A stretch of DNA of 62,245 bases, the filler included, from Sphacelaria rigidula (lineage: Eukaryota), in the NCBI GenBank assembly GCA_964200075.2. It is 9 parts of 9 records of this genome, joined end to end, with 100 filler letters (N's around TTAATTAATTAA, not from the genome) between each part and the next. Parts side by side here need not be neighbours in the genome. Positions count along the whole stretch, not along the records: positions 41,565 to 48,391 come from CAXNAA020017883.1; positions 48,492 to 55,318 come from CAXNAA020017884.1; positions 55,419 to 62,245 come from CAXNAA020017885.1; 6 more parts are not named here. One strand, given 5' to 3'. Positions 47,547 to 58,923 of the stretch are shown in pieces; within the stretch, counting starts at the first letter, position 1, and each line of letters opens with the position of its first letter. The notes below the pieces were generated by a model. That model was not told the origin of the DNA. It saw only the letters and a program-made list of their open reading frames with translations, and did no database searches. Position numbers and translations under genes: made by a program.

Positions 47547-48391
47547 CAAGCACTTGTGAAGACCTTCTTGGCATGAGGAGTGGAACAGGATACCTGTGGT
47601 GGTGACCTAACTGTTGCTAGCGTGGCGCAGACGGGTCAGCCCATGCCGCAACCTTGATTTTTCGTTGCTCTACTCTACTGACTCCCGTCTGCAGAGCATC
47701 TGCCGAGAGCGGGTCACACACGGTAACAACATTTTGTTATGTACCCAAATTCGGAATGGCTATGAAAGCAAAACAGTTCGGTTTTTCAAAGTACGCCCAC
47801 ATGATTGAACTGACTCTTGTCACATGAGGAACTGCGGCTGCCCCGTACCCCCGCCAGGTATGAAAGAAGGGCGACAGAGGGTTTGGGAGTGCATGTAACG
47901 GCCACGGGGGAACACAGCGTTTCTCGTATATGAAAATCCCCGTTTTCCTACCTGCAAACAGTTTTACGCCCGCTGCTTTCCAATAAAAAGATTCAACTGT
48001 CAATTTGTGTTCCATTCTGTACCAATTGGCGGATGCCAATGCCAGCAAAGTTTGATAGTGCTGTTCGACAGTATCTTTGAACATTGGGACGCCGAAGCGG
48101 ACATTTTCCCTCGGATGACAAGAGTCAGTTCAATCATGTGGGCGTACTTTGAAAAACCGAACTGTTTTGCTTTCATAGCCATTCCGAATTTGGGTACATA
48201 ACAACATGTTGTTACCGTGTGTGACCCGCTCTCGGCAGATGCTCTGCAGACGGGAGTCAGTAGAGTAGAGCAACGAAAAATCCAGGTTGCGGCATGGGCT
48301 GACCCGTCTGCACCACGCTAGCAACAGTTAGGTCATCACCACAGGTATCCTGTTCCACTCCTCATGCCAAGAAGGTCTTCACAAGTGCTTG
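47547..48391. repeat. 276-bp near-identical inverted repeat (47547-47822 / 48116-48391) running into the contig end
   Basis: Arms are reverse complements with about four visible substitutions; spacer 293 bp. Confidence 0.9.
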
Positions 48392-48849
48392 NNNNNNNNN
48401 NNNNNNNNNNNNNNNNNNNNNNNNNNNNNNNNNNNTTAATTAATTAANNNNNNNNNNNNNNNNNNNNNNNNNNNNNNNNNNNNNNNNNNNNCTTAAAGCG
48501 AATGATCAAAGCCACTCTCAATCGTATCATCTACTCTCAATCTCACGAAAACACTGTTATAGGTCACATGCCAGGTCACACACGTCACATAGGCCAGAAA
48601 TCACGTTATAAATAGTATACAATATACCCCTATGTATCATATACCCCAAATATATCACATTCACAACGATATATGGAAAAATGCAGGGGACTTGACTACA
48701 AATATATCAACTTTCATGACATATCACCTTTTTCTGGAGGGGTGGATATGGATACACTATGAAGCTACTAACTACTGAGTCCGATGCACCCCTCCCTCCG
48801 AGGCGGTGGGCGGTGTCATGTGGCGCCCTTTGTGGTTTGCCTAGTTCAT

Positions 48850-49098
48850 GACATTTTCTACGATAGCCCCCCCCTCCCAAAAGTGCATGGTTTTGGGAGG
48901 CAAACTCTTCACGTAAATCGAAATGGGAAAAGCCCAGCACAACAAGCAGCTGGGAATTCCCATGTTTGGGTTCGTTCTAGCCAATGTCGCCAATATGAAG
49001 CGTTTCATGCAGCTTGAACCCAAACATAAGGCGCTGTATGGCCATTTTTCTCAAGACACTTTTGGGCTGGTTTGGGGGGGGGGCTATCGTAGACAGTG
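48850..49098. mobile_element. Small TIR element; left end also at 20618-20683
   Basis: TCTACGATAGCCCCCCC..CCAAAAGTGCATGGTTTTGGGAGGCAAA pairs with GGGGGGGCTATCGTAGA. Confidence 0.7.
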
Positions 49099-49609
49099 CT
49101 TCATGCATACGCATAGCTGTCCTCTTAGACCAAGGATAGGTTTCTTCTTTCTTTTCACCTTTCTTGTTCTTATTTTATTCATCTTGTATCGCGTCTGTGT
49201 GAATTTTTCGTGGGTCAGATTTTATTTCCTGATTTCAAGTCACGTCAACATGGGGTGATAGCCTGTGACCACGGAAGACGTCCGAGTCAGATGCCCAGTA
49301 CAACACTGCGCAGATACCGGAACGACTTTTTAATGTGAAGACGACAACAACAACAACTATATCTCAAAAAGTTGATATGATACCAGGCTCCACCATAGAA
49401 GCTATGGCCAACCATCGCCTCGGGTCATTGCGTGTTCATGTGTAAGGGGTATTGCCGTTGGTATCATGAGACCACTGTAGTGAGCAATCTATTTTTCAAA
49501 ATCTATCGTTAGCGTCACTGGCTGTCAATAGGAGCTCCGGAGAGCAATCGATTGCAGACGGCAATGTCCATACTGGTAAATACCAAAAAATGCATTTTTG
49601 GCGGCAGAG

Positions 49610-49800
49610 GCTACCGATAGAGGGCTCACCAAATCTTTTGATGGCGGCAACAAGTGTTGATGGATGACTCACCTAATCTAATGATGAGGGCAATGACCAT
49701 CGATGGATGACTCATTAAACCTTTTGATAACGGCAGTGACTATCGATGGATGGCTCACCAAACCTTTTGAATACGCCAGTGGCTATCGATGAATACCACG
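49610..49800 (+). repeat. Degenerate ~42-bp tandem repeat, 4-5 units
   Basis: Recurring ATCGATGGATG.CTCACCAAACCTTTTGAT..CGGCAGTGAC. Confidence 0.7.
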
Positions 49801-49957
49801 CGGAATCTATTGCGGTACACGATGTCCATTGTAGCGAGTGATCTTTCATCCATTATAAGTACCAAAGGCTATCGATCGACTTATGCAACATCCATTGTCC
49901 CTTACGAAACATATCAAACAAGTTTTTTGTGAAATTGAGAGTTGAAGGTAAGATTGA

Positions 49958-50388
49958 GACCCACTTTTATGGTAACGAATGTCGATTTGTACAAATATGA
50001 GGATTTCAGCCCATCTACAGACGATTTTCTCCCGGATTGATTTTTCGGACCCCAGTCCGTTGGGCGATGTTTGTCGGCTAGCTGTGAGCAAACCAGATCA
50101 ATTCTCCGCTTTTCTGGGCATTGACTTTCGATACATGACCACTCTGCTGAAATTGGGACACTCCCACATCTCCCCCGACTTTTTCTTACAATTTCAGCAG
50201 AGTAGTCATGTATCGAAAGTTAATGCCCAGAAAATCGGAGAATTGATCTGGTTTGCTCACAGCTAGCCGACAAACATTGCCCAACGGACTGGGGTCCGAA
50301 AAACCAATCCACAGGAGAAAATCGTCTGTAGACGGGCTGAAATCCTCATATTTGTACAAACCGACATTCGTTGCCATAAAGGTGGGTC
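49958..50388. mobile_element. Palindromic PIF/Harbinger-type MITE inserted into a CAGTG-family MITE
   Basis: TGA|GACCCACTTTTATGG...CCATAAAGGTGGGTC|TGA. Same family as 38551-39477. The flanks rejoin as GAT-TGA-GAGTGAAAA of the host element. Confidence 0.85.
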
Positions 50389-52894
50389 TGAGAGTGAAAA
50401 ACGATGAATATGTCGTTCACGTTCCGAAATGCACCTCCACCAGACCCAATATTCTTTCTGTAGTAGCTTGCCACTGAGGCCCTCGATACCCCTCAGTAGG
50501 ATATCAACGTGTAGCTGAAAGCACATGGCAGTGATGAGACGACGAAAAGCACACACAGAATGAAAAATTGGTCAAGTGAAAGCGAGTGATCAAAGCCACT
50601 CTCAATCTCCATCCAACTCTCAATCTCACGAAAACCTCGTCATCAATACATGTGTTTCACCACCTATCGTGTTCGATGATGGAGAGTTTCGGAAACACAA
50701 ATCAGAACTCAGGGATAAGGAAAAACTCAGGGATTATTTAGAAAGTTGGGAATTAAGGCCAGGATATGGCGAATTCCCCTAGGTGAACCCTGAGAAAAGA
50801 CATGGGCAGCAACTCAGGATTAATCTTCAATTTTCGAAAAAACCCTGAGTTGGTACACACCCCAAAGCATTGGTGCCAAACTCAGGGCTATGAAACGGAA
50901 TCGGACACCCTGCCCCATAACAACCAAGGTTACGGAACACAGCTGTAGGACATATATTATGAGAGAGGCGGTGGCGGATGTCGTAAACGCTCGCGACAGC
51001 ACTGGTGATGGCAGCTCGTTCACAAGGGTGACCAAAAACTACGAGGAACACTTGGAAGCGAACGGGGGAGCCGAGACACCAGTCGGCCTGGCTTGTGATG
51101 ATGCGAAAGGGCGGGAGTCGGTCGCTCAAGCAGCCATGAGAACTTCACGAAATGGCAACCCAACGTGAAGCATGCGTTAGCTTGCGCAGTTACACCACCG
51201 TTGGGTGGCCATTTTCTCGAGATCCCCGTAGCGGCTGCGTAGGTGGCCCAGTTCAGCCCATCCACGTCATATTTAGCCCGGTCGACAGGTGTGTCCGTTC
51301 CCCCTCTCGCTTCCACGCAGCTAGGATTACTGCGTGTGGTGAATCTTTATCGAGAACTACTGTAATTTCTCGAAGTATGCAAACGGACACACATAGGCAT
51401 GTGCACACTTGTACTACAGACAGTCTGAGTGGTACAGTACAGAACACTTCCTACCGAAAGTATACAAAACTGTCTACAGACAGTGCAACAGTACAGGAGT
51501 ATTACAACCCTCAACTGTCTCAACGCATTAGTGCTGTACCAGACACCGACATGTGCAGCACTTGTGAATGACTAGCGGGCGCCAAGGTGCACTGCCTGTG
51601 TGCTCAACGCTGGTCTACTGTGCCGGGTTGGTATCCGGAGGCTGTGTTTACGATACTGTGTGTGAGTTGTCGTCCCATCTATTTTGGACGCCGGTCTACA
51701 CCTTTCGGTATATGTGGGCGCACCAGTCGGGATCACACACGATGAACGTTAACCCAGGAGCTTTTTTCCTCATGTGTTCACGAACAACAGTACTCCACCT
51801 TTCTTCTCGGTGCTTGCCTTTGTATTTCATTGCGAGGGGTTCGGCAGCCCCCTTCCCTCGTCGACAGTTAAGTCGAATATCCTGCTGCCGCGTATTCAAC
51901 GAGACAGAGATAGCACAAAACATGAAAGTGATGCTAGGGTAGGACGGGGGGTATTTTGGTCCTTTGCTTGCACTAAATTCAACTTCGAATCGATTTTAGG
52001 AGCAACCATCTCCAGAACGCGTTACCGATAAAGAACGCTAATCCGTAAAGTACTTTACTGTTTGGGGCCGTTTTACCCAAATACAAACACGCGGCGAGTG
52101 AGTCAGGTTGTCCGGATCATCTATGAGACTTCCTTCCCTGGAATTCCGCACCTGACCTATCGTATAGCACGGCTTTGTACATGCTCTCCCGCGCCGTACG
52201 GGTAAAACCGCATGGGTAGGCGCAGAGTACAAGCGCAGAGAACCACGGCGCGGCTTGTACCTTCTCAACTCATGACATAGACCACGTGGCATTCGGAACA
52301 GAAAATACTAAACCCCATCAAGTTGGCCACGGTCCACCTGCAGCCAGTCGTTCTTGCTTTCATCTTTGAGTTCTGATTTTTTTTCCCGAAACTCCCTCAA
52401 CATATACATCGAGAGTGTGGAGAACTTTCTTCATTCCCAGGATGAGAAGCGGGCATGTTGTGTTTTTCCTCGCTATTTGAAAAATGGGAGCGGAAGAAAC
52501 GAACCGGAAGAGACAGCCCCGCTTCACTCCATTTTGGTTTTTGGTATACCCCAACTGCCAAGCGCCGAAAATACCAAGTACAGTAGAGTAGAGTATCTCG
52601 TATACGAAGTACGTGCAGTATCGACTGTCGCGGATCACCGTGTGGAGTACTCGTGTCCGACGGAGTATCGACCCCTTCAAGATATGGTAAAAGTACGCGC
52701 ACTCTCACCTCATGAGCATCGTGAAAACTTCCGCCCATGCTCCGTCAAATGACAGCATGAAAACATTGCTGCCGACACGCTCCTTGGACAACAAGTAGCC
52801 GCGTCAGGACCACTTCATGATCGCAAGCGATGTCAGCACGGGACACACAGCATGAACGTTGGACCGTGTCGTGAGGCGCGTTTTCTCTCCATCA

Positions 52895-52918
52895 GGGGTG
52901 GTGTTGAGTAAACACCAG
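52895..52918 (-). promoter_or_regulatory. Histone mRNA 3' stem-loop (H2A)
   Basis: Minus strand CTGGTGTT-TACTC-AACACCA-CCC, ~76 nt after the stop codon; differs from the H2B element at one base. Confidence 0.8.
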
Positions 52919-52993
52919 GGGTTTGTTCCGCACAGATGCCTTGCGGCACACCGAGTGTGAGTGGGCCGGGCCTCTAGCAAGCTGCCCCCCCGC

Positions 52994-53371
52994 TCAGTCT
53001 TTCTTCACGACCTTCTTGGGCAAAAGGACAGCGTGGATGTTGGGCAACACCCCGCCCGATGCGATCGTCACCTCGCCGAGCAATTTGTTGAGCTCCTCGT
53101 CGTTGCGAACTGCAAGCTGGATATGGCGGGGTACGATACGGGCTTTTTTATTGTCACGAGCGGCGTTGCCAGCCAGCTCCAGCACCTCGGCGGTCAGGTA
53201 CTCGAGCACAGCCGCCAGGTACACGGGGGCACCGGCCCCCACGCGGGCCGCGTACTTTCCCTTCTTGAGGAATCGACCGATACGACCAACGGGGAACTGC
53301 AGGCCGGCCTTCGCTGACCTGGTCACCGACTTCTTGCTCTCGCCGCGTCCGCCCTTTCCCTTGCCAGACAT
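52994..53371 (-). CDS. H2A: Histone H2A, canonical type, intronless
   Basis: [75 protein letters not shown]. No C-terminal SQ(E/D) motif of H2A.X. Confidence 0.99.
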   Translation of the reverse strand: MSGKGKGGRGESKKSVTRSAKAGLQFPVGRIGRFLKKGKYAARVGAGAPVYLAAVLEYLTAEVLELAGNAARDNKKARIVPRHIQLAVRNDEELNKLLGEVTIASGGVLPNIHAVLLPKKVVKKD

Positions 53372-53704
53372 GATTTATATGTGAAATTTGATGATATGTC
53401 GTAGGCTGTGATGGTTGGTGTGTGTGGTTGTGATAGGAGGAGGTGTTGTCTCGTTGCCTCGGGCGGCTGGAGGATCGAACCGCCAACAAGCCATGAGAAA
53501 GTTTTGGAATTTGAAAACTCAAGAACGCCTCTGGTGTGCAACATCGATGATTGGGCACAGAGAAATATGAGGTGCGAACAGGAACATTGAATAGACACGC
53601 CTCCTTGACGACCAAGTTTTAATCCAAGCCCCTGCACTGATTACCCCCACCACACACAATCACATCCTGTCGTAACCGACCCACAGGCAGCAACACCAAA
53701 CAAG
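53372..53704. promoter_or_regulatory. 333-bp bidirectional promoter and 5' UTR region of the H2A/H2B pair
   Basis: Lies between head-to-head start codons. Contains a reverse CCAAT (GATTGG, ~53549) and TTTGAA (~53509). Confidence 0.7.
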
Positions 53705-54055
53705 ATGGCCAAGACACCGTCGAAGAAGTCCGCAAAAGCCCCCAAGAAGGCAGGAGACAAGAAGAAAAAGGCCAAGAAGGTGGAGTCGTACTCATCGTAC
53801 ATCTACAAGGTGCTCAAGCAGGTGCACCCCGACACGGGTATCTCCAAGCGCGGCATGTCCATCATGAACTCGTTCATCAACGATGTTTTCGAGCGCGTAG
53901 CCGGTGAATCCGGCAAGCTGACCCGCTACAACAAGAAGTCCACCCTATCCTCTCGCGAGGTGCAGACGGCCGTGCGCCTCATGCTTCCCGGAGAGCTGGC
54001 GAAGCACGCTGTATCCGAAGGCACAAAGGCTGTCACCAAGTTCACCTCGTCCTGA
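53705..54055 (+). CDS. H2B: Histone H2B, intronless
   Basis: [76 protein letters not shown]. Confidence 0.99.
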   Translation: MAKTPSKKSAKAPKKAGDKKKKAKKVESYSSYIYKVLKQVHPDTGISKRGMSIMNSFINDVFERVAGESGKLTRYNKKSTLSSREVQTAVRLMLPGELAKHAVSEGTKAVTKFTSS

Positions 54056-54152
54056 AGTCACCCTGGCGTAGCGGGTCAGAGAGCAGTCACGTGCTTTCCC
54101 TGGTGGCAGTACTGTTTCAGGTACCTGCGTCACTTCAATCGACAAAAAAAAA

Positions 54153-54176
54153 CTGGTGTTCACTCAACACCACCCA
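54153..54176 (+). promoter_or_regulatory. Histone mRNA 3' stem-loop (H2B)
   Basis: A-run then CTGGTGTT-CACTC-AACACCA-CCCA, ~98 nt after the stop codon. Confidence 0.8.
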
Positions 54177-55419
54177 CTGCCCAGGAGGAAATGTATCATC
54201 GTCAGTGTGGTTGACCCGTGCACAATGAGGGAGATACTGAAGGACATCGTGGTATTCTGTACTGACGCTCCCGGTGAAGCCCCCGACATAACTATCGCGG
54301 GGTACTGTAGTCAAAAGCGTCGCTCACTCCGGATGCTCATGCATCGTGGAATTTTCATGAGGACTTCAAATGTGACTCGTCGCGCCCGCCACCGATCGCG
54401 TACTCCGTGGTATTTTGCATACTCAGACGGTTGCAATCGTACTACTAACTTATGCCTACTAACTTATGCCACGTGAATTTTTTGTTTGCGGTATTGCACA
54501 AACGGTCTGCTGCACACTTTGCTCCGCTTACGACGCGACTAAAACTGTTGTACCAAGAGGCAATCGGCTGGAGTAACGGTTGATATGTTCGATCCCTACT
54601 ATACCAGCAGCTACTGTGCGTGTGTGTGTGTGTTTGTGTGTGCCATCCCATCCATGCTGTACCTTCATGGGATTATTTACGCGTAGGTTTACCACAGGCT
54701 TGCCGCTGGTGGCACAAGCACAAAATGCAAATGATGACCAGTGGCACGCAGGCTAGATGATGTCCTCTGGTGTGCATATCCACAGGACTTTTTCGTGGAC
54801 TAAAAGACCCACTTTTATGGCAAACGAATCCCGATTTTTTTGGACACCGATTTTGAAAAAATCGGGGTGACCATTTTATGGCACAGACGGTAAGGTATCA
54901 CAGATTTGTGAAACGGTTCTGTACACAGACGGTCATTTTTTCATGAGTGTCATACTGCGTTCTCGTGCATGAGGCCGAAGAGCAGGCAGGCGGTAAACAA
55001 TCAATCCTTCGAGTACAGGGTCGTACCTTGATGCCTTCAATTAATACAGTGTAGTACACTTCATCAGTACAGTACATGATGATGCCTTGTGGTCGTACAT
55101 GGTGGTACAGGTATCGCGAGAACAGAGGACAAACAGTGCGCGAGCAGAGTTCAAAAGGCAGTGCCGCACACATCACCCCTCAAGCACAGCGACAACAGTT
55201 AGGAGAGTGCAATAGCGTTCGTTATAGTGATACACATGGCAGGGTGGCGCAGTATAAAATATTAATATCGCCGTAGGGTATGGCATCAGCACTTATTATC
55301 CGCTTGTCAAACCCCGTGNNNNNNNNNNNNNNNNNNNNNNNNNNNNNNNNNNNNNNNNNNNNTTAATTAATTAANNNNNNNNNNNNNNNNNNNNNNNNNN
55401 NNNNNNNNNNNNNNNNNNC

Positions 55420-57114
55420 GGCAGCAGGAAGGCGGAGTTCTGCGCGACACACGCCCGAGCGGGCATGGTCGATGTGGTCAACAGGCGGTGCGGCGAGAAG
55501 GGCTGCTCCACTCAACCGTCGTTCGGTGCAGCCGGCAGCAGGAAGACGGAGTTTTGCGCCGCACACGCCCGAGCGAGCATGGTCGATGTGAACAAAAGAC
55601 GGTGCGGCAAGAAGGGCTGCTCCACAATACCATCGTTCGGCGCAGCCGGCAGCAGGAAGACGGAGTTCTGCGCCGCACACGCCCGAGCAGGTATGGTCGA
55701 TGTGATCAGCAAGCGGTGCGGCAAGGAAGGCTGCTCCACAACACCGTCGTTCGGTGCAGCCGGCAGCAGGAAGGCGGAGTTCTGCGCCGCACACGCCCGA
55801 GCGGGCATGGTCGATGTGAAGAGCAGGCGGTGCGGCGAGAAGGGCTGCTCCACTCAACCGTCGTCCGGTGCAGCCGGCAGCAGAAGGGCGGAGTTCTGCG
55901 CGACACACGCCCGAGCGGGTATGGCCAATGTGGTCAGCAAGCGGTGCGGCAAGAAGGGCTGCTCCACAAGACCGTCGTTCGGTGCAGCCGGCAGCAAGAA
56001 GCCGGAGTTCTGCGCGACACACGCCCGAGCGGGTATGGTCAATGTGGTCAGCAAGCGGTGCGGCAAAAAGGGCTGCTCCACAAAACCGTCGTTCGGTGCA
56101 GCCGGCAGCAGGAAGGCGGAGTTCTGCGCCGCACACGCCCGAGCGGGCATGGTCGATGTGGTCAGCAGGCGGTGCGGCATAAAGGGCTGCTCCACTCAAC
56201 CTTCGCTCGGTGCAGCCGACAGCAGCAAGATGGAGTTCTGCGCGATGCACGTCCGAGCGGGCATGGTCGATGTGAAAAGCAGGCGGTGCGGCAAGGACGG
56301 CTTCTCCGCAATACCGTCGTCCGGTGCAGCCGGTAGCAGGAAGGCGGAGTTCTGCGCCGCACACGCCCGCGCAGGGATGATCTCCGTGAGTAGCGATGAA
56401 TGCGTCTCGCAGTATCATCCTAATCTGGTTCGGGAGCACGGGAACAGCTACCGTGGTGCTGCGCATGATTTGGTCGGATGGTCTGATCTCGTGGAACATA
56501 TCCGAGGAAAAACCCCATCGAGTGATGACTTCGTCACGGGAGAAACGGGCGTCAGTATTGAAAATAGATGTAAAAAATTCGGTCCTCCACCGAATGCCGG
56601 TCCCAATACCAACGATAACGGTCGTAACGCTCATACTCGTTGCAACCCGCGTGTCATCCGCGATAGGCAACGGGGTGTGAATTCCACGACCATGTCGCTT
56701 GCCCATTCGAGACAGCCCCCCGGCCCCGCGGCAGCAGGTAGGGTTACTATTGGTAGGGCAGAGATGCGCATGAAAATCAAAACGGAGGGGACTGTTGCGC
56801 CTGCGCGACATTTCGAGAGGATACGAAGTAGCAAACGAGTTATTGCGGGATCCAGCAGTTGCGACAGCATGGGCCTTGGCGCATCCAGCAGGACTACCAG
56901 AAGCAGAAGTTGTGCCAATAGCATCACCAATGGAAGGAAGGCGAAGCGGCTTCGCCGGATGGCCCAGTTGCAGCCGGCACTTGACGTAGCAGCCGGTGAT
57001 GATGTAATGTCCGAAAACGACGAAACCGACGTGAAGTTAGATCTAATCGTGTCCTCCACGTCTCGTCACTTGTCCGCGGCTTCATCCCGCTTGCGCAAGA
57101 AGCAAATTGAATGA
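55420..57114 (+). CDS. EsV-1-7 cysteine-rich repeat protein (5' end missing at contig edge)
   Basis: Eight 38-aa units MVDVVSKRCGKKGCSTxPSFGAAGSRKAEFCAAHARAG (C-x4-C-x16-C-x2-H) plus a partial unit from 55420. The C-terminal region has basic NLS-like RKAKRLRR and RLRKK. The frame is open to the contig start. Confidence 0.92.
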   Translation, partial: GSRKAEFCATHARAGMVDVVNRRCGEKGCSTQPSFGAAGSRKTEFCAAHARASMVDVNKRRCGKKGCSTIPSFGAAGSRKTEFCAAHARAGMVDVISKRCGKEGCSTTPSFGAAGSRKAEFCAAHARAGMVDVKSRRCGEKGCSTQPSSGAAGSRRAEFCATHARAGMANVVSKRCGKKGCSTRPSFGAAGSKKPEFCATHARAGMVNVVSKRCGKKGCSTKPSFGAAGSRKAEFCAAHARAGMVDVVSRRCGIKGCSTQPSLGAADSSKMEFCAMHVRAGMVDVKSRRCGKDGFSAIPSSGAAGSRKAEFCAAHARAGMISVSSDECVSQYHPNLVREHGNSYRGAAHDLVGWSDLVEHIRGKTPSSDDFVTGETGVSIENRCKKFGPPPNAGPNTNDNGRNAHTRCNPRVIRDRQRGVNSTTMSLAHSRQPPGPAAAGRVTIGRAEMRMKIKTEGTVAPARHFERIRSSKRVIAGSSSCDSMGLGASSRTTRSRSCANSITNGRKAKRLRRMAQLQPALDVAAGDDVMSENDETDVKLDLIVSSTSRHLSAASSRLRKKQIE

Positions 57115-58269
57115 AAAACTCGTGCACGCCTTTCCCCCCGCTGATGTTGGACACAGCGCTGTTTCACCGTATCTGTGGTACGCAGGTCATGATTCTGCTT
57201 TGACCTCCGCAATGCTCGTAAGTTGTTTCGTTTTGAGGTCAAAGCGGTAGCTGTGTTTGGTCGGTAGCCTGTGAGGGGGAGGCCGCTGAGCCATTCTCCT
57301 GGATGTATGTGTAGTGGCGCATCGTCTCCTACAATGGTTCCCGAAGCTTGGTGAGTTTGCTAGCTGCATCTTTTGATGGTTATGTCACTGCTTCCGGCAG
57401 GGAACCGCGCAGAAGAGTGCATTTGTAGCCATGTGCCATACAGCGGCGTCCCAGTGATGCAACGGGTTGATGCAGAATCGTTGAGGGCGAGAGGTTTTGG
57501 CTTGTGTGTCTGGTGGGTCGTTTTTCTCATGTGTATCTTACTTCTCTCTTTGAACGCGTGAGGGCATGAGTATCCGGGGATATCTGACAACAGCCGACAA
57601 GATGTGGGGGTGCTGACCCATTGGTGGTACCAAAATGTTCGGCATGCACCAGGGGAAAAATGGAGAATCCCTTGAGATTCCGATATCGTCCCGGGGAACG
57701 TGATCGGTTGGGAGTGACATGAAGAGAAAAACAGTCAATGCGCTGCTCGTCGCACCATTGTTTTCTTCGCGATACATAGGATCGGATACTTGTACCCAGC
57801 GGCAAGAGTGCGCAGCGAGGAGGTACGTCCCCGGTAAATAGCACGAGATCCCGAACTGCTTGGTAAAACTGACGTGAGGTGGCCACGTACAGCGTAGCAG
57901 CACGACGCACGTGCACCCTGTTGAACGATTTCGCGCAACTTCTCAACAATTGAGGATGTGCGACATCCGTGCTCGCCCGTACGCCTCGTGCCTGTGGGGA
58001 TATCGAATTTGTGGGTGCCGTGAACTTTAGGATTACCCAGACTAGAACCGAGTTCCAAACTGCAATGTAAGTGCTGAAACAGGACAGCTCGAGTAAACCC
58101 CTGCACGCAAACATCGAGGTTTTGGCAGCCGACACTGAGATCAAATAGTTTGAGCAGGGTCGGTACAAACCGATGCCGAGAGCGTTTTCCACACAGATTA
58201 GCTCTAGTGACTGATACCGGGTCGTTCGTGTTTTGTCCGATACCACGGGATCTTACAAATTGGAAAAGA

Positions 58270-58923
58270 GAAACCCGGAGAACTAAAATCTTCGTATCCA
58301 CACCAAATCTTCGGAATATGGTTCCATTTCTTGGCCTACTGATATCAGGTGACAACAACTACACGTCATACAAATTTGGATCTCGATACCCGAACTGTTG
58401 GAGTCCTAGGTGAAAAACTAGTTTCAACAACGTTTTTGTGAGATCGAGAGTAGAGCGCTGATTGAAAGTGGCTTTGATAATTCGCTGTAACTTAGCCAAT
58501 GTTTCCACTACGTGTGCTTTTTTTCACCTCCATCACTGGCGTGTGCTTACAGCTACACGTTGATATCCCACTCAGGGATATCAAGGGCATCAGTGTCAAG
58601 CTACTACGGAAAGCATATTGGCCCTCGGGGAGGGGCATTCGGAACTGAAACGATTCATTCACGAATTGACCACTTTCCACTCTCACTCGTATCCTCTCAT
58701 CTCAATCTCACGAAAACACTGTTTTTTGAGGAATTTCGGGTGTCCGAACGGACACCAAAATGGTTTCGAGATTGGTTCATCACCTAGGGCCGCAAACTTG
58801 TGGTGATCGAAATCCAAAATTCCATGGCGTGTAGCAGTTGTCAATATCCATCAGTACGTCAAGAAACGGAACCATATTTCGAAGATTTGGTGTGGATACA
58901 AAGGTTTCAATCCTCCGGGTTTT
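58270..58923. mobile_element. Diverged TIR element with a CAGTG-family MITE (58428-58721) nested inside; related fragment at ~13860-13960
   Basis: AAACCCGGAG..CTTCGTATCCACACCAAATCTTCGGAATATGGTTCC pairs with GGAACCATATTTCGAAGATTTGGTGTGGATAC..CTCCGGGTTT. Confidence 0.75.

Noticed and set aside
55363-56811. 482-aa minus-strand ORF and the alternative-frame repeat ORFs
   Set aside because: Antisense or shifted shadows of the GC-rich EsV-1-7 repeat.
57527-58358. Long overlapping ORFs of 239 and 207 aa
   Set aside because: No recognisable motif or splice pattern, and the 207-aa ORF begins inside a TIR element.
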